IMG/VR virus record: IMGVR_UViG_3300017911_000323
Coordinates: 1 to 29,929 of that record
Reading direction: 5' to 3' (one strand)
Source: a virus
Taxonomy: Duplodnaviria > Caudoviricetes
DNA length: 29,929 bases
Within the stretch, counting starts at the first letter, position 1. Every line of letters starts with the position of its first letter. A program made the position numbers and the translations under genes. Below the pieces are notes generated by a model, which was not told where the DNA came from, did not search any database, and saw nothing but the letters and a program-made list of their open reading frames with translations. Shown in pieces: positions 19,606-26,921 of this stretch.

Positions 19606-19689
19606 ATAGGAACGGTGGTGTAGATTAATTATCTATACCTTCCTTGATAATCACAAACGCCTGGCTACACCACCTACCTAAATCTTTTT
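19606..19689 (+). ncRNA. Candidate stand-alone small RNA with anti-SD loop
   Basis: Extended -10 TGC-TAAAAT (19591-99); stem ggtggtgtag/ctacaccacc; inner hairpin exposing tataccttcctt; T-tract downstream. Confidence 0.55.
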
Positions 19690-19983
19690 GTCCAACAATT
19701 ACCAGCAATTTTTCTAGGTGTTACATAATGATATACCCCACCCACCATGTTAAAACCCCCTATACGCACGGTGCAAACACGACACGCAATACTATACTAT
19801 TTCTTTATTTACAACTGCAATACAACGCAATCATTTGTAGACAAATGTACCGCATGTACTGTATAACTACTACTTAATCTAAACACCCTAGTAGCCTACA
19901 TTGATATCTCAATTGTTCACATGTCACTCATATGTTTCAATGGGGAACACTTATCATAACACATGGTAAATTCAAATTCCTAA

Positions 19984-20099
19984 ACACATACTAACTAACA
20001 CTTCATACATATCTTTCATCACAAGCCTTACTACTTACTCTATTATCACTATGTCTTGTGAGATAAAGATATGAAATATGAACCACGTAAGTTATGTGT
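19984..20099 (+). other. Long imperfect inverted repeat (about 115-nt hairpin)
   Basis: Nested pairs acacata/tatgtgt, ttcata/tatgaa, catatcttt/aaagatatg, tcacaag/cttgtga. Confidence 0.7.
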
Positions 20100-20107
20100 A
20101 TTAGGCG

Positions 20108-20143
20108 GTTTGACTTGACCTATGTGTTAAAGATAAGAGTAAT
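20108..20143 (+). promoter_or_regulatory. Rightward copy of conserved element, likely promoter of the first early gene
   Basis: TTGACC (20115-20)-N17-AGTAAT, 10 nt before the AGAAAGGA RBS. Confidence 0.55.
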
Positions 20144-20165
20144 TTAGTCGAGAGAAAGGAATAAC

Positions 20166-20960
20166 ATGACTAATGAACAAATAACCAATCTACTTAATCA
20201 AAGTGGATTAGAAGTATCCAATGTAACAAGTAAGTCCAAGAGTGACACACAACCTACTCAAGATATACTAGAACAGTTATCCATTGAGAAAGGACTTACT
20301 CTACAATCTAGCGTAAGTAAATCAAAAAAGACTTGGCTAGGTCGTAAGACAAAAGCGAATGCTAAGTTCAACAACCAGATTGTAGCAGTTACATTTACCT
20401 ACAAGAGAGTGCTTGGTAGCGAAGTTGGCGATACCGAAGGTGCAGAGAAAAATCGCTTTGCGCTTTACATCGACAACAAGTTCTACACTGGCGTATACTT
20501 TAAGCAACTTAGTGCTGTGAAACAGTTTGAGTTCATGCTTAAGTATAACCAAGAACTTCTTACCGATGATGCATTCTCTGCATATCACATTGGTAGCGAC
20601 TGGAAGTTGCCTACTCAATTTCTCAATGACCTTGGGAAAAACAAATGTTTGGCTTGGACTTCCAGTCATGGTGTACCAGTCATGGTGCCAACCATATTCC
20701 AATGCCAAAATTACGACAACACAAACGATATGAATGGTACACCATTCTCACGACCTAATAAAATTATGTCCAAGAATGATGCAGGCTTATCTGCTATCCA
20801 GATTGGTCAAGTCTACCAAAGTAATATCCCAGTGATGTCACCAGATAGATGGACTTCCATTACGAAGTCTATGCACGCTGGTACTACACCTTCTGTATCA
20901 CCAGATGAACAGGCATTTATCAAATACTATATGGAACTTGTTTCCAAAGTAAAAGCCTAA
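20166..20960 (+). CDS. Hypothetical protein (264 aa), monocistronic first plus-strand gene
   Basis: Strong RBS AGAAAGGA and its own terminator. Confidence 0.85.
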   Translation: MTNEQITNLLNQSGLEVSNVTSKSKSDTQPTQDILEQLSIEKGLTLQSSVSKSKKTWLGRKTKANAKFNNQIVAVTFTYKRVLGSEVGDTEGAEKNRFALYIDNKFYTGVYFKQLSAVKQFEFMLKYNQELLTDDAFSAYHIGSDWKLPTQFLNDLGKNKCLAWTSSHGVPVMVPTIFQCQNYDNTNDMNGTPFSRPNKIMSKNDAGLSAIQIGQVYQSNIPVMSPDRWTSITKSMHAGTTPSVSPDEQAFIKYYMELVSKVKA

Positions 20961-20967
20961 CCACACT

Positions 20968-21003
20968 AAAAACTCGGTACGCGTTGCGTACCGAGTTTTT
21001 TTT
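20968..21003 (+). terminator. Intrinsic (possibly bidirectional) terminator
   Basis: aaaaactcggtacgc-gtt-gcgtaccgagtttttttt. Confidence 0.93.
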
Positions 21004-21344
21004 ATGATGAGAACTAAATTAATTACAAAAAAATATACGCAATTCGTTTGCCCAATCAACACCATAGTCTGCTCTACTACACGAACTTATATTCTTAATT
21101 ACTATGTCATAGAATATAAATACTAAACACACACAACATTACAGAAAAAAAAATCTACAATAACACACATCAATAAGAATCATCTTTATGACATGTTATG
21201 TTAAAGTCTGTCAAATTTTATTTAATCATGAAAGAAATCTTGAAGGCACTGATAAAGAAAATGCTAAAGTTTTTTTATAAATTATTTTTATTTTCTTATT
21301 ACATTTTTCGTGTATGTATGCATGAGAGGAAGGAGCTAACAAAT

Positions 21345-21743
21345 ATGAAAAAGTATAGAGTATCAAATCCCCCAAGTCCTAGCCTTGCTAGTACAGGTGA
21401 GTATGTGTTACCAAGCGACAGAATACAGGGTACACAAGACTGTATATTCTGTGGCAGTTTGACAATGTCATACCGAAGGGTATGCAACAAATGTAAATGG
21501 TCTGTGTCACCTGAGCGTTTGGAAATACTCCAACGCAAACGACAAGGTCAGATAGAAGCAATGCAACAAGAACGCATTGACAAAGCTAACAAAGAGTATT
21601 CATTTGCGAGTGATAAGGTAGAGCTAGTTGATACCAGAGAAGAACGCGTATGCAGTCTGTGTTATCTGTTCTCATTCAATATGAAACAAACCTTCATGTG
21701 TTTCAGAACAGAAGTAAACATATGCACAGATTGTAAAAGATAA
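21345..21743 (+). CDS. Double Zn-finger-like protein (132 aa, start MKKYRV)
   Basis: GGAAGGAG RBS before ATG 21345; CxxC pairs CIFC/CNKC and CSLC/CTDC. Confidence 0.75.
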   Translation: MKKYRVSNPPSPSLASTGEYVLPSDRIQGTQDCIFCGSLTMSYRRVCNKCKWSVSPERLEILQRKRQGQIEAMQQERIDKANKEYSFASDKVELVDTREERVCSLCYLFSFNMKQTFMCFRTEVNICTDCKR

Positions 21744-22008
21744 GCTACTACTCCGACACGATACATCTAGACATGTGTCTCCTTTCTCATTGTCGGAGTG
21801 TAGCTAGAAGTACATGGGTGGTATTTCACACATACCACATTACACATACCACAAGCCACCTGTGTACTTCTAGCTATTCACATGAGTAAAAGCAGTTTCC
21901 CCTGTCTGTGCATTGAAAGTGTGAGTAGCGTGAAGTCTATGTGTGTACATATTAACTAATACATAACATATCTACTACAACATGTAGGCTTCACGCTACG
22001 CCAGTAGC
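21743..22008 (+). ncRNA. Array of four interlocked stem-loops (plus a terminal mini-hairpin); candidate multi-sRNA precursor
   Basis: Stems of 15, 22, 11 and 20 bp; loops 32, 32, 35 and 35 nt; TAGC/GCTA junctions shared; all 8 non-WC pairs are G-U. Confidence 0.75.
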
Positions 22009-22021
22009 AGAGAGGATATAT

Positions 22022-22180
22022 ATGGATATAGTTTGCGATAACTGTAGACAAGGCAAGATGGTCGTGACAGGAACATATGCCAATGTCAAATCATCTGTAC
22101 TCAATATGGTCAAGTGTTTCACCTGTGGGTATGGAAGTGTAAGAAAAGAAAACAACAAGAGGAGGTTACACAGTGAGTGA
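22022..22180 (+). CDS. 52-aa Zn-ribbon protein MDIVCDNC...CFTCG
   Basis: AGAGGA RBS, two CxxC; below ORF-track cutoff. Confidence 0.75.
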   Translation: MDIVCDNCRQGKMVVTGTYANVKSSVLNMVKCFTCGYGSVRKENNKRRLHSE

Positions 22181-22601
22181 AGCCAAAGACAATGTGAAAG
22201 ATGATGCTATGCAATTAGCAGAACTAATTGGAAAGATGATAGGTGATATACAACAACTCAAGAAAGATGTTGAGTGGTGTACCAGAAACATGGCTGACAT
22301 GATGAGTAAGTTAACAACGATTGGAACAATACAGTTGACTCATATCGAACACAGTCATGACTCAAGACTATACGATAAGGTGCAAAAAATAATGATGCAG
22401 AACAAAGACTTTCTAAATCATGCACTTGATGACACCTTGGAGAACATGACACCAGAACAGATTGCTGATGAAATAATAAAGAGTGATGTGTTCCCAGATA
22501 CAACTGAAAGCGATAGGCAATCGTTGATTGATAACTTTGAAGCAGTCAAAGAAAACTTGACTATTGCAAGAATGGAACATGAGATGAGCGAGGAGGAATA
22601 A
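22173..22601 (+). CDS. Hypothetical coiled-coil protein (142 aa)
   Basis: AGGAGG RBS, GTG start. Confidence 0.8.
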   Translation: MSEAKDNVKDDAMQLAELIGKMIGDIQQLKKDVEWCTRNMADMMSKLTTIGTIQLTHIEHSHDSRLYDKVQKIMMQNKDFLNHALDDTLENMTPEQIADEIIKSDVFPDTTESDRQSLIDNFEAVKENLTIARMEHEMSEEE

Positions 22602-22834
22602 TGCCTGATGTAATGCCTGATGTTAGCGACATCATAGCTTACTTTCATTGCAAGACTTGCTTAGAGGAAATACCTGAAGGGGTATCTCCTGCTACGTGGT
22701 CTGACCAACAAGCAGGGTGGACAATGTATGGCTTACAAGTGTGGTGCAACAGGCACAATAAAAACATAATAGGTCTTGAGTTCAATGAAGTAGCAAACCA
22801 AATTACTTTAAGAAAGCAAGAGGAGGAGGAATGA
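22601..22834 (+). CDS. Small putative Zn-binding protein (HCKTC...VWCNRH)
   Basis: TAATG coupling, GAGGAGG RBS. Confidence 0.8.
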   Translation: MPDVMPDVSDIIAYFHCKTCLEEIPEGVSPATWSDQQAGWTMYGLQVWCNRHNKNIIGLEFNEVANQITLRKQEEEE

Positions 22835-23440
22835 ATGGGTGAAAAATTTGAAAGGCATGCGTTTGACAACATGCCAAAGAAAGTAGGCGATGAAGCTAAG
22901 AACTTAGGCTACACCGATGCAAGGTTCTTACAAATGCAACAAGCAATGTCAGCTTATGGCGTGAGATTGTTTGGTGATTATGGTAATGATGATGAAGCAG
23001 ATATCAATGGAGTTAAGTTTGCTATTGGTGCTCACAACTTACAAGATGCTTTGTTGGAAGCAATCAAAGTTACCAACTCACAAGCAATGTCCAATGTAGT
23101 TCATGGAGTTATTAAATACATCTATGATTTGTTGAAAGAACCTGAAGAAGGTACTGAGAAACACGAGTTATGGAATAGGTCTATGAATAGAACATGGGAA
23201 CTAGATGACATCATAGATTTTCTGGGGCAAATCGAGAAAGCATTCTTTGGTGAGGATAAGCTAGTTATAGATTTCATTGATGGCGTCATGAGTCATGAGC
23301 CACAGCTTATGATGGTTGGCGACATGCAATCTGTTGCTACTGCCAATGGGCAGAAGTATAACGGAGAGTTGTCTGATGATGATGAAAGGCAACTAACAGA
23401 ACTGCTTAAACAAGCAGTGAAAGAAAGCGAGGAGGAATAG
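22835..23440 (+). CDS. Hypothetical acidic protein (201 aa)
   Basis: RBS and operon context. Confidence 0.8.
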   Translation: MGEKFERHAFDNMPKKVGDEAKNLGYTDARFLQMQQAMSAYGVRLFGDYGNDDEADINGVKFAIGAHNLQDALLEAIKVTNSQAMSNVVHGVIKYIYDLLKEPEEGTEKHELWNRSMNRTWELDDIIDFLGQIEKAFFGEDKLVIDFIDGVMSHEPQLMMVGDMQSVATANGQKYNGELSDDDERQLTELLKQAVKESEEE

Positions 23441-23441
23441 T

Positions 23442-23945
23442 ATGAGTGAATACAAATACTCTGGCATAGAAGGACATGAAGAAGATATGCGACATGCCAC
23501 TATGCAAAAGAATAGTTGTGCTATCACAAAAGATATATTGAAATATCTAAACAACTTATCTATTCAATATGGATACAACAGGCAACTGATTGATACCATA
23601 TTCGAGTCAAGAGATACAGTTGATGATGATAGCTTGACAGATGTGATTGATGAAAGGTTTCCATGTTTCATGACAATGGCAATGCCTCATTATCACAAAC
23701 AAGGTAAGAAAACAGACATGCATTACAGAACTGCATGGGCTTGTATTTTCGTAGGCAACCAAACAAAGCCTGTAACATTGATGGTAGACATACCAGCTAC
23801 AGCATTTGAATTGTTGCCAGATGTTCCCCAGATAAAATATCTGAAAGCCGATGAATGGAAAGAATGGTGGGAACAAGAGAAAGAACAAATGACAAAAGAC
23901 TTTATCGACTCAGTCGAATATTGGTCTAACGAGAAAGGAAGGTAA
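23442..23945 (+). CDS. Hypothetical protein (167 aa)
   Basis: RBS and operon context. Confidence 0.8.
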   Translation: MSEYKYSGIEGHEEDMRHATMQKNSCAITKDILKYLNNLSIQYGYNRQLIDTIFESRDTVDDDSLTDVIDERFPCFMTMAMPHYHKQGKKTDMHYRTAWACIFVGNQTKPVTLMVDIPATAFELLPDVPQIKYLKADEWKEWWEQEKEQMTKDFIDSVEYWSNEKGR

Positions 23946-23947
23946 TC

Positions 23948-24676
23948 ATGGATTGCTGGGATTTATTATCCAAAGTACTACCTGCGACACCAAGAGTTTT
24001 ACTCTATGGTCCTCCAGGTACAGGAAAAACTTATATTGCGAACACAGAAGGGTTGAGAGAAAATCAAGATGTTTTCCAAACAACGCTTACACAGGACAGC
24101 ACTGCTGCCGAATTGTTAGGACACTATGTACCAAATGAAAGTGGTGCATTTGAATGGCTTGATGGTCTTGGTATCAAGGCATGGAAGCAAGGCTCAAGAC
24201 TTGTTATCAACGAGATTGATAACGCTGGTGTTGATGTAATGACATTCTTACATGCGTTGCTTGATGACCCCAAGTTTGCGAAGTTTACTTTGCCGAACAA
24301 AACAAAAGAAGTTGTAAGACCTGCTAATGGTTTTCAAGTAGTTGCAACTATGAATGGTACACCAGATGACTTGCCAGAAGCATTGGCTGATAGGTTTCCT
24401 GTGAAACTTAATATGGACAAAGTCAATCCGAAAGCCATTGAGTTGCTACCAAACAACTTGCGTGGTGCATACAACGACTACACAAATGCAAACTCTGTGT
24501 TCTCTGTTCGTAAATGGATTGCGTTTGCAGAACTAATGGACGCTGATATTCCTGTAGATGAAGCAGCGTTGGCAGTATTTCAAGAGAATGCAGATGAACT
24601 AGTGAATGCATTGGCTATACAAGATAGCGATGACATTCCTGAAGTAGAAGATACAGATGAAGAAAGTGATGAGTGA
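23948..24676 (+). CDS. MoxR/CbbQ-type (AAA_5, CobS-like) AAA+ ATPase
   Basis: GPPGTGKT, LVINEID, VATMN, ALADRF. Confidence 0.92.
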   Translation: MDCWDLLSKVLPATPRVLLYGPPGTGKTYIANTEGLRENQDVFQTTLTQDSTAAELLGHYVPNESGAFEWLDGLGIKAWKQGSRLVINEIDNAGVDVMTFLHALLDDPKFAKFTLPNKTKEVVRPANGFQVVATMNGTPDDLPEALADRFPVKLNMDKVNPKAIELLPNNLRGAYNDYTNANSVFSVRKWIAFAELMDADIPVDEAALAVFQENADELVNALAIQDSDDIPEVEDTDEESDE

Positions 24677-24682
24677 TAAGTT

Positions 24683-26497
24683 ATGGATATCTTTGCAGGT
24701 AACAAGCTAAAGAAATCTACTAACAAACCACTACTGCTACCAAACTTAGCATTGAGAGGGAACAGGGCTGTTAACTATAGTCTTAACAAATCCTCCTCAG
24801 TTGATACAGATGGGAAGGAACTTAGTGTTCCTTCCCTTCCGTATGCTAGTAAGTTTGAGGAAAGAAAGATGGCTAACTTAATCATGTTCGCTAACAAACA
24901 TTATCGTTTCGATAGGTATGTTGGTATTGAACATCCACAGATATTGCAGTTAGCCAAAGTAATTGCAGGTGGTTTCAATGCAAGGTTACTGTACAGAAAG
25001 CTACAGTTACCAAGCAGGTTTAAGGTTAGTAGGAAAGAAGCACAAAGCTACTACGCTAGAGAAGAAATCATGAAGTTTCGTTCCTATGCTCAAGATGCTT
25101 TTAATAAAGCAAGAATAGATAATCAAAAACTTCTTGAGAATTTGAGAGAAGAAAACAAAATGAAAGCATCTGACAAGTTCTATGATGTTCTTGACATATG
25201 GAAAGATTTGATTGATGACAAAGAAGTTATCAATTACTTGACATACAAAGCAATGGAAACAAATATATATCCAATCGTTGATGGTAGATACTTATCAATG
25301 GTTGTGCAGAATGCAGTTGACATGTATTACAATACAAAAAATCCAATGGCAACTGCGATGTATATTGTTGAACAAGTCGCAGTAGTATCATCTGAATATT
25401 ACAGAAGTGCTTTTTATGATGAAATAGAAGCTGCTGTTAGAAGGAACATACCATTTGGTATGGATGAAGAAGTCATCAAAGGAGATATGTCTTTCTTTAA
25501 TGAGTTCATATCTACAGTTCTATCAACTTGTTCACAAGCTAAAAGATTGCCTGAAGGCGCGAAAGGATATCAAAAGTTTCATCGCTGGGATAACAGTGCC
25601 AAAGGTTGGAAGTCTCGTGAAAAGATTATTAACAAACCGAAAGGTTTAGTTAGAAAGATATACAATCAACTTACATTCGACTCATATTGGCAACAAGAAA
25701 GAGTAGCAAGATTTGATGCTAGATACTTACCATCTGAGATTGCACATGAAATGAAAGAAACTATGGAAGGTGGTATCAAGCTACCTGACAATCTATCCGA
25801 TGAACTTAAAGAAGAAATCATGGAAGAAGGCAACAACAATCATAACTATAGGTTCAATCATAGAGCAGAGTATGGTGGTGTAGGTAAACATGGTAAAGCT
25901 TTGATTAGAAAGTTTAAGCCAAACATTAGGATACAAAAAGCAATCAGAGAGATACAAAAGCGTAACTCTGATATTGGTGTTGTTCCTAAGAACATGCACA
26001 GAATGACTATTGATAGAAAGGTATTTAGCAGTAGGAAATCTGTTGCAGGTGGTTCAATGATGATTGACTTCTCAGGTTCAATGGGTTGGAGTGATGATGA
26101 AGTTAGAGAGATTATTGACTTGCTACCAGCTTCTACGATTGCTGGCTATGTAGGATACAACAATCTGATTGATGGTTACGATGGTAGAATTAACATCATT
26201 GCAGAGAATGGTAAAATGGATAGCACTGCAATCAATGATTTGTTGCAATGGGGTGCTAACTCTGTTGACTTAGATGCATTGAAGTGGCTAGCCAAACAAC
26301 CTGAACCAAGGATATGGGTATCTGACCAAGCAGTTTATGGAGTTGATGAGAGAGGTTACAACAGAGAACTACCTTATCAATCTAAGCTAGAGATACTAAG
26401 ATTTATGCAAACGCATAACATCATACCTATTGAAAGCTACGATACAGTTTACAAAGTTGCTAAGCAACTAGCAACCAATGTGAAACGCAAAAGGTAA
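24683..26497 (+). CDS. VWA-domain partner protein (CobT-like)
   Basis: C-terminal MIDAS motif MIDFSGSM and later WVSD; adjacent to MoxR-type ATPase. Confidence 0.85.
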   Translation: MDIFAGNKLKKSTNKPLLLPNLALRGNRAVNYSLNKSSSVDTDGKELSVPSLPYASKFEERKMANLIMFANKHYRFDRYVGIEHPQILQLAKVIAGGFNARLLYRKLQLPSRFKVSRKEAQSYYAREEIMKFRSYAQDAFNKARIDNQKLLENLREENKMKASDKFYDVLDIWKDLIDDKEVINYLTYKAMETNIYPIVDGRYLSMVVQNAVDMYYNTKNPMATAMYIVEQVAVVSSEYYRSAFYDEIEAAVRRNIPFGMDEEVIKGDMSFFNEFISTVLSTCSQAKRLPEGAKGYQKFHRWDNSAKGWKSREKIINKPKGLVRKIYNQLTFDSYWQQERVARFDARYLPSEIAHEMKETMEGGIKLPDNLSDELKEEIMEEGNNNHNYRFNHRAEYGGVGKHGKALIRKFKPNIRIQKAIREIQKRNSDIGVVPKNMHRMTIDRKVFSSRKSVAGGSMMIDFSGSMGWSDDEVREIIDLLPASTIAGYVGYNNLIDGYDGRINIIAENGKMDSTAINDLLQWGANSVDLDALKWLAKQPEPRIWVSDQAVYGVDERGYNRELPYQSKLEILRFMQTHNIIPIESYDTVYKVAKQLATNVKRKR

Positions 26498-26520
26498 TCC
26501 ATATACCAACACAACGAAAG

Positions 26521-26621
26521 AAAGGCGTGTAGAAATACACGCCTTTTTTTTTGGTCTAAAATAATCCCTATGGCGTGTAGAAATACACGCCTTTTTTTTT
26601 GGTCTTTTTTTTTCCCTATGG
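26521..26621 (+). terminator. Tandemly duplicated intrinsic terminator (48-bp unit x2)
   Basis: ggcgtgta-GAAA-tacacgcc-T9-ggtct at 26524 and 26572. Confidence 0.92.
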
Positions 26622-26623
26622 TG

Positions 26624-26651
26624 TTGCACATTCGCGATTGCGTGCTAGCAT
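26624..26651 (+). promoter_or_regulatory. Housekeeping-sigma-type promoter for leaderless mRNA
   Basis: TTGCAC-N16-TAGCAT with TG extension; ATG 6 nt downstream, no RBS. Confidence 0.6.
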
Positions 26652-26657
26652 GTGAAC

Positions 26658-26921
26658 ATGAGTAATAACAAAGAAATAAAAGCATTGCTTGAAAAGGCAA
26701 TGTCATCAAAGCAAGGTGGTCTTATACCATGGTACGAACAACTTCCTGACGAGGTGAAACCATTCGTTGAGGGTTTGAAATCTATCATGAGGCAAGGCAA
26801 GAAACCTAACGCAACTGCCGTATCACGAATACTTACAGATGAGTTTAACTTTCCTGTATCTCGTACTCGTGTATCGCATTGGATAAGAGAATATCAAAAT
26901 GAGCTTAAGCAAGAAGGATAA
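26658..26921 (+). CDS. Small putative HTH-like DNA-binding protein
   Basis: ATAVSRILTDEFNFPVSRTRVSHW helix-turn-helix-like pattern. Confidence 0.65.
   Translation: MSNNKEIKALLEKAMSSKQGGLIPWYEQLPDEVKPFVEGLKSIMRQGKKPNATAVSRILTDEFNFPVSRTRVSHWIREYQNELKQEG

Noticed and set aside
19365-19877. 61-aa and 77-aa ORFs in the control region
   Set aside because: TTG starts, no RBS, overlap structured and promoter elements
21198-21344. N-terminal hydrophobic extension of the 181-aa ORF
   Set aside because: AT-rich promoter-like DNA; a strong RBS favours ATG 21345
21743-22008. CRISPR array, TIGR array or integron attC cassettes
   Set aside because: No identical direct repeats, no box C/D-like periodic motifs, and no cas, Nop-domain or integrase gene seen in the window
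19275-22021. tRNA or known self-cleaving ribozyme in the non-coding gaps
   Set aside because: No cloverleaf/T-loop or hammerhead core recognised by eye; an Infernal/tRNAscan run is needed to exclude fully
23948-26497. Cobalamin biosynthesis (cobS/cobT) auxiliary metabolic genes
   Set aside because: Generic MoxR-VWA pair; no cobN or other pathway genes
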